Below, piece after piece: positions 1 to 8,507 of a DNA stretch of 64,000 nucleotides (within the stretch, counting starts at the first letter, position 1; each line of letters begins with the position of its first letter). The stretch covers positions 59,080 to 123,079 of the forward strand of contig CAVONH010000021.1 of NCBI GenBank assembly GCA_963697245.1. Direction: 5' to 3'. This DNA is from an uncultured Gammaproteobacteria bacterium (lineage in GTDB: Bacteria > Pseudomonadota > Gammaproteobacteria > Steroidobacterales > Woeseiaceae). Below the pieces are notes generated by a model, which had not been told where the DNA came from, ran no database searches, and worked only from the letters and a program-made list of their open reading frames with translations. A program made the position numbers and the translations under genes.

Positions 1-1752
1 TGCCCTGGTGGCGATTTCGAAAGCCAGCGCCGACGAATCGACCGCGTGGAACGCGCCGTCCAGCAGCGTGAACTTCACGTCGAGCAGGGGATAGCCTGCG
101 AGCGTGCCTTCGGACATGCTCCCCTGGAAGGCCTTCTCGATCGCACCCCAGTACTCGCGCGGTACGTTGCCGCCCGTGACGAGGGACTCGAATACATAGC
201 CTTCGCTGGTGCCGGCCGGCTCGATGCGGTATTCGATCTTGCCGTACTGGCCCGATCCGCCGGACTGTTTCTTGTGGGTGTAGCTGTCTTCGACCAGCTT
301 GGTGATCGTCTCGCGGTAAGCCACCTGTGGCTTGCCCATCTCGACGTCCACCTTGTGCGTGCGGCGCAGGATGTCCACCTTGATGTCGAGGTGCAGTTCG
401 CCCATACCCTTGATCAGCGTCTCGCCGGAATCTTCGTCCGTCGCAACCTGGAATGACGGGTCTTCCTGGACCATCTTGTTCAGCGCAACACCCATCTTCT
501 CGTTGCCGGCCTTGTCCTTGGGCCGGATGGCAACCGAGATCACGGGATCCGGGAACACCATCGGCTCGAGCGTTGCCGGGTTGTTCGGGTCCGCGAGCGT
601 ATGGCCGGTGCGCGTATTCTTCATGCCGAGCAGGGCGACGATATCGCCGGCCTGGGCATACTCGAGCTCTTCGCGCGAGTTCGCGTGCATTTCGACGATA
701 CGGCCGATGCGCTCGGTCTTGCCCGTGAACGTATTCAGCACGTTGTCGCCCTTCTTGATCTTGCCGGAATAGATGCGCGTGAACGTCAGTGCGCCGTAGC
801 GGTCGTCCATGATCTTGAAGGCGAGCGCGCGCAGCGGCTTGTCCGGGTCGACGATGGCATGGCCGCCGGTCTCGTGGCCCTCGAGGTCGATCTCGGGCTG
901 CGGCTTGACCTCGGTCGGGCTCGGCAAATAGTCAACAACTGCATTAAGAACATTCTGTATGCCCTTGTTTTTAAACGCAGAGCCGCAGAAGGTCGGGAAA
1001 AAGTCCAGGTTGACCGTGCCTTTCCGGACGCAGCGCTTCAGGTCCTCCACCGAGGGCTCATTGCCTTCGAGGTACTGCTCCAGCAGATCATCGTCCTGCT
1101 CCACGGCGGTCTCGATCAGCTTCTCGCGCCATTCCTCGACGGCGTCCTGCATATCCGCGGGCACGTCGGTGATCTCGTAGTCCGAGGGATCGTCGCGGCC
1201 ACCCCAGACCCATGCCTTGCGCTCGAGCAGGTCGACGACACCGATGAAGTTGTCCTCGACGCCGATCGGCAGGGTCATGACCAGCGGGGTTGCCGCCAGC
1301 ACGTCCTTGATCTGCTTCACGACGCGGTAGAAGTCCGCGCCGACGCGGTCCAGCTTGTTGACGAAAATGATGCGTGCGACTTCCGAGTCGTTCGCATAAC
1401 GCCAGTTGGTCTCGGACTGCGGCTCCACGCCGCCCGAACCGCAGAACACGCCCACACCGCCGTCAAGGACTTTCAGTGAGCGATAAACCTCGATCGTGAA
1501 GTCCACGTGCCCGGGGGTGTCGATGATGTTCAGGCGGTGCTTGTTCCACTCGCAGCTGGTCGCGGCCGACTGAATCGTAATGCCGCGTTCCTGTTCCTGC
1601 TCCATGAAGTCCGTGGTCGCTTCACCGTCATGCACTTCGCCGGTGCGGTGGATCTTTCCCGTCAACTTCAGGATGCGCTCGGTCGTCGTCGTCTTGCCGG
1701 CGTCCACGTGGGCGAAAATGCCGATATTTCTGTATGTGCTTAAGTCTTTCAT
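1..1752 (-). CDS. fusA: Elongation factor G (EF-G paralog), 3' end cut by window start
   Basis: Not in the ORF track because it runs off the window. Reverse-strand translation from ATG (complement of 1750-1752) reads [64 protein letters not shown]...[10 protein letters not shown]...FVNKLDR...[24 protein letters not shown]. It stays open to position 1. The GTPase G1-G4 motifs are present. Confidence 0.9.
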   Translation of the reverse strand, partial: MKDLSTYRNIGIFAHVDAGKTTTTERILKLTGKIHRTGEVHDGEATTDFMEQEQERGITIQSAATSCEWNKHRLNIIDTPGHVDFTIEVYRSLKVLDGGVGVFCGSGGVEPQSETNWRYANDSEVARIIFVNKLDRVGADFYRVVKQIKDVLAATPLVMTLPIGVEDNFIGVVDLLERKAWVWGGRDDPSDYEITDVPADMQDAVEEWREKLIETAVEQDDDLLEQYLEGNEPSVEDLKRCVRKGTVNLDFFPTFCGSAFKNKGIQNVLNAVVDYLPSPTEVKPQPEIDLEGHETGGHAIVDPDKPLRALAFKIMDDRYGALTFTRIYSGKIKKGDNVLNTFTGKTERIGRIVEMHANSREELEYAQAGDIVALLGMKNTRTGHTLADPNNPATLEPMVFPDPVISVAIRPKDKAGNEKMGVALNKMVQEDPSFQVATDEDSGETLIKGMGELHLDIKVDILRRTHKVDVEMGKPQVAYRETITKLVEDSYTHKKQSGGSGQYGKIEYRIEPAGTSEGYVFESLVTGGNVPREYWGAIEKAFQGSMSEGTLAGYPLLDVKFTLLDGAFHAVDSSALAFEIATRA

Positions 1753-2058
1753 GTCGAGTCTTCAGCTGTATCCAAGTCAAATGCACCCACGCCCCCATAT
1801 TCGTAAGACGTCACTCCCGGCATGCCGGAGAACATGGAGCTGCGTCAATCAGGGTGGGTGCCTGTGTTCAGTACCGTCCGGGGATTTGCCCGCGGGCGAC
1901 GCTCGTTGCGCCATCGCCCGGTCCAGAGCGGCTTTCGGGCGCGGATAATAGCAGCGCTGCGGCCCGTAAACCAGTAATTTCCAAGGCTATTGCGCGACGC
2001 CATGACGAAATGGCGGCGGTTGGCCGGTTTTCAACGCTGCGGCGCTGGCAGGGCAGGC

Positions 2059-2742
2059 CTAGCGGCGCAGCAGGGCCCACCAGCGGGCGATATTGAGCAG
2101 GCTCATCAATGACGCGGACACGTAGGTCAGGGCGGCCGCCGTGAGCAGGCGGCGGGCGTGCGGACGATCGGCCTTTTTCAGGACCCGCTGATCGTCCAGC
2201 AGCGGCAGGGCGCGGTTGAAGCTGGCGTCGAATTCGGTGGGCAGCGTTGCCAGGTGCACCAGCGTGGAGGTCGCCAGCGTAAGGAAACCGGCCAGGAACA
2301 TGATGATGCCGATACTGGGCACGCGGGTAAGGGCGCCGATGAAAGGCGCGACCATCAGGGCGCCGGCCCCGACCCGCTCGACGGGGCGAGCCGCGCGAAC
2401 GAGATAGGTGCGCAGCCGCAGCGGCCCGTAGCCCTCGTGGTCCTGGATGGCATGGCCCACCTCGTGGGCGGCAACGGTGATTGCCGTTAGCGAGCGGCCG
2501 TCGTACTTGTCCGGGGTGAGCCGCACGGCTTTCGCCGTCGGGTCGTAATGGTCGCCCTGGTCGGTGGTCTCGACGGCGACGTGCTGCATGCCGAGCCGAT
2601 CGAGCAGGAAGCGCGCGAGCTGGGCGCCGGTGCCCGAATACCGGTCCGGCGGATCGCTGTAGCGCTCGATCACCCTGCGCACCCAGAGCCCCGGACCGAA
2701 AACCAGCGCGAGCAGCAGCACAAGCATGACGACGAATCCCAT
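2059..2742 (-). CDS. Membrane zinc metallopeptidase (Zn_peptidase_2-like, HExxH)
   Basis: 227-aa ORF with an N-terminal TM helix, the motif AAHEVGHAIQ and C-terminal TM helices. This layout is typical of the putative neutral zinc metallopeptidase family. Confidence 0.75.
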   Translation of the reverse strand: MGFVVMLVLLLALVFGPGLWVRRVIERYSDPPDRYSGTGAQLARFLLDRLGMQHVAVETTDQGDHYDPTAKAVRLTPDKYDGRSLTAITVAAHEVGHAIQDHEGYGPLRLRTYLVRAARPVERVGAGALMVAPFIGALTRVPSIGIIMFLAGFLTLATSTLVHLATLPTEFDASFNRALPLLDDQRVLKKADRPHARRLLTAAALTYVSASLMSLLNIARWWALLRR

Positions 2743-2811
2743 GGCCTGATCCTAGCGTGCCTTTCGGGTAACGAATAGCGTATCGTTTCGGTGTCGTGCG
2801 CCGCAGGGAAG

Positions 2812-4591
2812 ATGATGACACTGCAACAATCCGTCCTGTTCGTCATTCTCGTCCTCGTTTTCGTGATGCTCATCTGGGGGCGCTGGCGTTACGACCTCGT
2901 CGCCTTCATCGCGCTGATGGTGGCATTGCTGACCGGCGTCGTGCCGGTTTCCGAGGCCTTTTCCGGCTTCGGGCATCCCGCGACCGTGATCATCGCGCTG
3001 GTGCTGGTCGTCAGTCGCGGATTGTCCAATTCGGGTGTCATCGAGCTGCTGGCTCGCTACCTGATCGACGCATCGCGCAAGCTCGTCGGCGCACGTGGGC
3101 ATCATGGCCGCGCTGGCGGCGTCGCTGTCGGCGGTGATGAACAACGTGGCGGCGCTTGCGTTGCTGATGCCGCTCGATCTGCAGGCCGCGAAGAAAAGCG
3201 GTCGCAGTCCTTCGCTGTCGCTGATGGCGCTGTCGTTTGCGTCGATCCTCGGCGGCATGATCACGCTTGATCGGCACGCCGCCGAATATCGTCATCGCCG
3301 AGTTCCGCAACGACGCGCTTGGCGAGCCTTTCGGGATGTTCGACTTCGCGCCCGGTGGGCATCGCCTGCGCCGCGGTCGGCGTTGCCTACGTGGCACTCG
3401 TCGGCTGGCGCCTGCTGCCGGCATCGCGGTCATCGGGGGACGCCCGGGCCGACCTGTTCGATCTCGCCGACTACATCGCCGAGGTTCGCGTACCCGAAGG
3501 ATCTGCCGTGATCGGCAAGCGGGTCCGCGACCTCGACGATCTCGCGGCGAAGAGCGACATCGAGATCGTGGGCCTGACGCGCAAGGGCAGGCGGCTCCCG
3601 GGGCTCGCGCGGATCGCGACCATCCAGGCAGACGACATCCTCGTCATCGAGGCGAGCCCTGAGAGCCTTGACGAGGCGCTCGGCGCGCTGCAGCTGGAAT
3701 ACGTCGGCAAATCCGAGGGCGTGCTGGATGACGGCGACCTGGAACTCGCCGAGGTCGTGGTGCCGGAATCTTCCAGGCTTGCCGGCCGCTCGGCCAGGTC
3801 CATACGCCTGCTGTACCGCTATCGCGTAGCCCTGGTCGGCGTATCGCGGGCCGGCCGGCGCTTTCGGGAAAACGTGCGCAAGCTCGAGTTGCACCCGGGC
3901 GACGTGCTGTTGCTGCTCGGGCCGGACGAGCGCCTTAACGACGTCACCGGTCAGCTCGGGCTGCTGCCGCTCGCGGATCGCGGGCAGCGCGTCGTGCAGC
4001 GCCACAAGGTCGGGCAGGCGGTAGCGATCTTCGTCGCAGCGATCGCCGCGGCCAGTGCCGGCCTCGTCTACCTGCCGGTCGCGCTCGGCTGCGTGGTGGC
4101 GGCGTACATCCTGTTGAATATCGTGCCGCTGCGGGAGGTTTACACCTCGATCGAGTGGCCGGTCATCGTGCTGCTGGGGTCGATGATTCCGCTCGGCGGG
4201 GCGCTCGAGGCTTCGGGCGGGTCGACGTTGATCGTCGATGCGATTCTCGGGCTCACCGGCAGTATTTCGCCGGCGATGGTACTGTACGCTGCTGATCATG
4301 GTCACGATGACCCTGTCCGACGTGATGAACAACACAGCGACGGCCGTTATTGCCGCGCCGATCGCCCTGGAGATTGCCGACCGGCTCGATGCCAATCCCG
4401 ACGCGTTCCTGATGGGGGTGGCGGTCGCGGCCTCCTGCGCGTTCCTGACGCCCATCGGGCACAAGAACAACACGCTGATCATGGGGCCGGGCGGCTACGA
4501 GTTCGGCGACTACTGGCGCATGGGCCTGCCGCTCGAGATCCTGATCGTGCTGGTTTCCGTGCCGATGATCCTCGTCGTCTGGCCGCTCTGA
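2812..4591 (+). pseudogene. SLC13/DASS-type permease with two TrkA-C (RCK_C) domains, frameshifted as sequenced (about 4 frame changes)
   Basis: A coherent protein can be read only by hopping between ORFs 2791-3270, 3095-3511, 3267-3662, 3319-4698 and 4238-4591. Readable pieces: MMTLQQSVLFVILV..., GIMAALAASLSAVMNNVAAL, IGTPPNIVIAEF, IEIVGLTRKGRRLP / LVGVSRAGRRF, TLSDVMNNTATAVIAAPIA...FLTPIGHKNNTLIMGPGGY. Frame changes lie near 3085, 3267, 3350 and 4285. Confidence 0.8.
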
Positions 4592-4824
4592 GCGCGGCGG
4601 CTTATGTCAAGCGAGTGTCGCTAATTACACGAATCCGTGGTCACATCCTGACACTGCCGGGCGATATTTATGATAATTCTCATTCGAGAAAAAAATAATA
4701 AATAACTGAAATATATCGTTTTTATAAAAGTCATTTTGCGGTCGCGCGGTTGGCACACCGTTTGCACCCCGTAGATCGGGCATTGACTACACGAGCCAAT
4801 TCGCTTGGCGCTACGGAGGTTACG

Positions 4825-5058
4825 ATGGAGCGAGCGACTATCCAGGACTGGACCCAGAGCAAGGTACCGATGAAGGTCGGCGGCTACCGCGAAGTGCAAT
4901 ACCGCGTGTACCGCGATGGCAGCAGGCATTTCCAGGAAATCTGCGAGACCACCGGTGCTCCGGTCCATACTCTCGAACTGCCGGAAGGCATGAAGCTCGA
5001 TCGCAGCAGCTACGAAGTGCTGCTGCGCTACGTGCTGATCGACGTCGTCGCGGCGTAA
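4825..5058 (+). CDS. Hypothetical small protein (77 aa)
   Basis: ATG at 4825 is preceded by GGAGG 5 nt upstream. Translation: MERATIQDWTQSKVPMKVGGYREVQYRVYRDGSRHFQEICETTGAPVHTLELPEGMKLDRSSYEVLLRYVLIDVVAA. I recognise no family. An AT-rich region lies upstream at 4660-4745. The 3' end overlaps the convergent dipeptidase gene by 31 nt. Confidence 0.45.
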   Translation: MERATIQDWTQSKVPMKVGGYREVQYRVYRDGSRHFQEICETTGAPVHTLELPEGMKLDRSSYEVLLRYVLIDVVAA

Positions 5059-6253
5059 TCGTCGATCGCCTGCCAGACCCGCAACAGGTTCTCGCCGAGG
5101 ATCTTGCGGACGTCGGCCTCGCTGTAGCCGCGGCGCAGCAATCCTTCGACGAGATTCGGGTACGCTGACACGTCCTTGAGACCGGTCGGCAGAGAGTCGC
5201 CGACGCCGTCGTAGTCGGAGCCGATGCCGACATGGTCGACGCCGACCAGCCTGACCACGTGGTCGAAGTGATCGAGCACGTCATCGAGCGAGGCGTAGGG
5301 CATGGGGCCGTGCTCTGCCTCCCAGCGGGCAGCGAAGGCCTTCTGTGCGTCCTCGCGCGGCATGTCACTGTGCTCTGCCACGAACGCCCTGGAGGCCGGC
5401 CAGCGCTCTGAGGAGTACTGGCGTGCCTCTTCGGTGATGAATGCCGAGCCGAAGTTGATCATGATCAAGCCGCCTTTTTCGGCGAGCGCGGTGATCATCT
5501 CGTCGCTCATGTTGCGTTCCCAGCCGGGCGTGAAATGCCGTGCGGAGGAGTGCGACGCGATCACCGGTACGGCACTGATCTCGAGCACCTGCCAGAAGGC
5601 TTCGTCCGAGAGGTGGCTGACGTCGACCATGATGCCGAGGCGGTTCATTTCCCGCACGACCTCGACGCCGAATTCGCTGAGCCCGTTCCACTGTCGGTTG
5701 TCGTCGTAGGACGAGTCCGAGATGTGGTTCGACAGGCTGTGAGCGAGCGTGATGTAGCGAATGCCGCGCTCGTGGAAGTGCTGCAGCGTCGCGAGGTCGC
5801 CTTCGATCGGCGAGCCGTTCTCCATGCCCATCGGCAGCGAGATCACGCCCGCTTCGAAATGCGCCCTTACCTCGCGCCGGGGAAGTCGCGATCGCGAATT
5901 TCCCGTTCGAGGTCGCTACAATATTTTCTACGATTTCAATGCGTTGCTCGGCCGCATCGCGGGATTTGCCTTCCGCCTCCAGCTCGGCGGCGGTGTAGAT
6001 CGACATGAACGCCGCATCGAGCCCGCCGGCGCGCGCGCGGGGGTAGTCGAAGTCGCCACCTGCGGTCGCCTCGCTGACGTTCTCGCGCGATTCAACGAGG
6101 CGGTCGGGGACGTCGATGTGGGTGTCGACGATGATGGACTCGCGGGCGATACGCTGCGCCTCGGCGGCGAGGTCGACCGGGGGCGGGGCGCCGCGCTCGC
6201 AGGCGGCCAGCAGAATAACGGCAAGGGTGGCAAGGCTCGATTTTGTAATTCAT
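5028..6253 (-). pseudogene. Membrane (renal-type, M19) dipeptidase lipoprotein, frameshifted as sequenced (2 frame changes)
   Basis: The C-terminal 272-aa ORF (5028-5846) reads ISLPMGMENGSPIEGDLATLQHFHERGIRYITLAHSLSNHISDSS...VDVSHLSDEAF...ASHSSARH...IGSDYDG. The N-terminal part is in other frames: MNYK(K)SSLATLAVILLAACE... (lipobox), then IIVDTHIDVPDRL...DAAFMSIYTAAE. Frame changes lie near 6240 (A-run) and near 5868. Confidence 0.8.
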
Positions 6254-6355
6254 TGATTCGAATTCGGATGCTTGAAACAGGCGCGCATTGTAACCATATT
6301 GGCTGGAACAATTCGCTGCACAGTGCGTCGAAAGCGCTGCGTACAGGAGAGTTCG

Positions 6356-6697
6356 ATGAGTGACGAAAACCCGCCCGCCGATCATGTCGTCTCCGACGGC
6401 AACGACACCGGGGTCCCGATCGAGGAGCACATCAAGTCCCGGTCGACGTGGCTGCGGGCGCTGTTCATGGTCGCTTTCTACGTCATCGGCACAGTCGTGA
6501 CGGCCGTGCTCTCGGTGGTGGTCGTGCTGGCGTTTTTCTGGGTGCTGCTCACGGGCGAGAAGAACGGCCAGCTGCAGCAGGCAGGGCAGGTGATTGCGGC
6601 CTACCTCTACGAGATCGTCCGCTACCTGACGTTCAATACCGAGGACAAGCCGTTTCCGTTCGGCAACGATCTGCCGTCCGCGGACGCCGCGGACTGA
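6356..6697 (+). CDS. DUF4389-like small membrane protein
   Basis: ATG at 6356 follows AGGAGA. Translation: MSDENPPADHV...STWLRALFMVAFYVIGTVVTAVLSVVVVLAFFWVLLTGEKN...YLTFNTEDKPFPFG. The family assignment is from memory of the DUF4389 pattern. Confidence 0.55.
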   Translation: MSDENPPADHVVSDGNDTGVPIEEHIKSRSTWLRALFMVAFYVIGTVVTAVLSVVVVLAFFWVLLTGEKNGQLQQAGQVIAAYLYEIVRYLTFNTEDKPFPFGNDLPSADAAD

Positions 6698-6703
6698 GCT
6701 GAC

Positions 6704-6955
6704 TCAGATCAGTTCCTTCTGGCCGGGCTGCCAGTGGGTCAGCTGGACCTGCGCGGCGCCCACACCCAGTCCCCGTACCCAGCGCGCCGCCGCGTCCAGC
6801 GATACCCAGGTCTTCAACTTGCCTTTGAGAGTCTCCGCCGTGACGGCCCCGTTCGGGGTCCTGGCCTCGACGTGAAATCGTGCGCCGCTCGCGACAATAC
6901 TGATCTTCTTGACGGCGCCGGCGGCGACCAGCGCTCTCAGCATTCGCTCATCCAT
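6704..6955 (-). CDS. Hypothetical 83-aa protein, translationally coupled to the upstream RHH gene
   Basis: Its start overlaps the stop of the RHH gene by 8 nt. Translation: MDERMLRALVAAGAVKKISIVASGARFHVEARTPNGAVTAETLKGKLKTWVSLDAAARWVRGLGVGAAQVQLTHWQPGQKELI. It resembles small proteins I recall from plasmid/ICE backbones, but I cannot name the family. Confidence 0.55.
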   Translation of the reverse strand: MDERMLRALVAAGAVKKISIVASGARFHVEARTPNGAVTAETLKGKLKTWVSLDAAARWVRGLGVGAAQVQLTHWQPGQKELI

Positions 6956-7142
6956 TCCTTCTCCTCGAGGACAGGTCGGGTTTCTCGTACACCGTGATGC
7001 CGGACTGGTCGCAGTGCCGCCGGATCAGCATTTCCACCATGTTGGCGACACTGCGATGCTCGCGCGCGGCTGCCTCGCGGACGGCGTCCTTGAGGGCAGG
7101 GTGAATGCGCAAATTGAGCGTCGAAGTACGGGTTTTTGCCAT
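6948..7142 (-). CDS. Ribbon-helix-helix (CopG/Arc-type) DNA-binding protein, 64 aa
   Basis: MAKTRTSTLNLRIHPALKDAVREAAAREHRSVANMVEMLIRRHCDQSGITV... shows the classic RHH beta-strand plus two-helix pattern. The listed 168-aa ORF (6948-7454) is an upstream over-extension of this gene. Confidence 0.7.
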   Translation of the reverse strand: MAKTRTSTLNLRIHPALKDAVREAAAREHRSVANMVEMLIRRHCDQSGITVYEKPDLSSRRRNG

Positions 7143-7153
7143 GCAACACAATA

Positions 7154-7190
7154 TAACGCAAAAGTATGAAAATTGTAACGCATTTTGCGT
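7154..7190. promoter_or_regulatory. Candidate operator: ACGCA repeats/inverted repeat upstream of the RHH gene
   Basis: TAACGCA occurs at 7154-7160 and 7176-7182. ACGCAAAA (7156-7163) is inverted relative to TTTTGCGT (7183-7190). ACGCATTTTGCGT is itself a palindrome. The element sits in an AT-rich stretch 12-50 nt upstream of the RHH start codon. Confidence 0.4.
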
Positions 7191-7255
7191 GGACAAAAGC
7201 CCGAAAACACGGCTGGATCGGCGAAATCGGGCGGCGACTGCGCTAAGTTCCGCGC

Positions 7256-7687
7256 ATGACGCTCGAACTCCTGCAACGACACTGGGCCCTGGCCGCCGCG
7301 AGCGTGGTGGGCCTGGCCGCGCTGCTTTTCGTCGGCTGGCGCGCGTGGCTGGCGTCGTCACCGGGGCGGCTGCGGGCGGCGAACCGGCGCCTTCGTGCCA
7401 GGCGCAAGGAATCCTCGCGGCAAAGCAGAGCCCTGCAACGGGCGACGGCGGCACTGGGCCGGCTGCAGAAGAACGCCGGGTCCGTGAAGCCGGTTCGGCT
7501 GCAAGAGGCCGCGGAGGCCGTGCAGGACGCGGAGGCCCTGCTGAAGATCGCCAGCGACCAGGTGCTGATTGCCGAGAACCACGTGCGCAAGATCATCGTC
7601 GAGGAATTCCCGCCGAAACGTCACGAGCGCATGCGCCGCAAATATCTGCCCGGCGATACCGACAGCGGTAAGCCCTTCACCTTCTGA
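7256..7687 (+). CDS. Hypothetical membrane-anchored coiled-coil protein (143 aa)
   Basis: ORF with one N-terminal TM helix (WALAAASVVGLAALLFVGW) followed by a basic, helical region. I recognise no family. Confidence 0.45.
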   Translation: MTLELLQRHWALAAASVVGLAALLFVGWRAWLASSPGRLRAANRRLRARRKESSRQSRALQRATAALGRLQKNAGSVKPVRLQEAAEAVQDAEALLKIASDQVLIAENHVRKIIVEEFPPKRHERMRRKYLPGDTDSGKPFTF

Positions 7688-7753
7688 CGTGGCGCCGGCG
7701 GCCCCGGCGCGGGTATGATCCGCGGCATGATGCCCCACGTATGAGGAGATGCG

Positions 7754-8404
7754 ATGGACGACATGCGCGTCACCAGCGTCAATGTCGGACGCGAAGAGAC
7801 CATCGATCACGGCAATCGCCGTTTTACGACGGGTATCCGCAAGCGTCCTGTCGACGGCGCGGTCTACATCGGCTCCGATTCGGTTGCCGGCGATACGATT
7901 TCCGACAAGAAGCATCACGGCGGCGCGGACCAGGTGGTCTACGCCTACAGCGCGGACGACTACGACTGGTGGTCGCACCAGCTGGATCGTGAACTCGCGC
8001 CCGGCACGTTTGGCGACAATCTCACGATCGAGGGCCTGCCGACGGACATGAATGTCGGTGACCGGCTGCTGATCGGGGACGTCCTGCTCGAGGCGACCGC
8101 ACCGCGGATTCCGTGCAGCACGCTCGCGGCGCAGATGCAGGACTCCGGATTCGGCATGGCGTTCCGCAAGGCGGAGCGTCCCGGCATCTATTTCAGGGTG
8201 CTCAACGAGGGCGAAGTGTCGGCGGGAGATGCCGTTACCTGCATCGAAAATCCTGCGCCCGTCGTATCGATCCTGCAGCTCTACCGCCTCGCCTACGATT
8301 TGCGACCGGATCCCGACGCCCTCGAGCGCTTCCTCGAGGCACCGCTGGCCGAGCGCATGCGCGCGTCGATCGAAGACAAGCTGTCTGCGGCACGCCGTTC
8401 GTAG
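7754..8404 (+). CDS. MOSC domain-containing protein (YiiM-like)
   Basis: 216-aa ORF: ...GDTISDKKHHGGADQVVYAYS...FGDNLTIEGL...GDRLLIGDVLLEATAPRIPCSTL...PGIYFRVLNEGEVSAGD. This is the typical MOSC beta-barrel signature with the conserved Cys. Confidence 0.8.
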   Translation: MDDMRVTSVNVGREETIDHGNRRFTTGIRKRPVDGAVYIGSDSVAGDTISDKKHHGGADQVVYAYSADDYDWWSHQLDRELAPGTFGDNLTIEGLPTDMNVGDRLLIGDVLLEATAPRIPCSTLAAQMQDSGFGMAFRKAERPGIYFRVLNEGEVSAGDAVTCIENPAPVVSILQLYRLAYDLRPDPDALERFLEAPLAERMRASIEDKLSAARRS

Positions 8405-8427
8405 GAGCGCTTCCCGAAGCGCGACCC
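8401..8427. repeat. REP-like palindromic element
   Basis: GTAGGAGCGCTTCCCGAAGCGCGACCC overlaps the MOSC stop codon. It differs from the copy at 44789-44815 (GTAGGAGCGGTTCTCGAACCGCGACCC) at three positions. Two of these (GCGC/GCGC versus GCGG/CCGC) are compensatory and keep the stem paired. The third lies in the loop. Confidence 0.6.
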
Positions 8428-8442
8428 ACTGCCCAAAAAAAA

Positions 8443-8462
8443 GACCCCGCCGAGGCGGGGTC
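8443..8462 (-). terminator. Rho-independent terminator for the DUF4397 gene
   Basis: Hairpin GACCCCGC-CGAG-GCGGGGTC. On the minus strand it is followed by T8 (A-run 8435-8442 on plus). It lies between convergent genes ending at 8404 and 8508. Confidence 0.75.
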
Positions 8463-8507
8463 CAGAGGGGGAGCTTACAGCTCAGGGAGGTACGATCTGC
8501 GCGGCCT

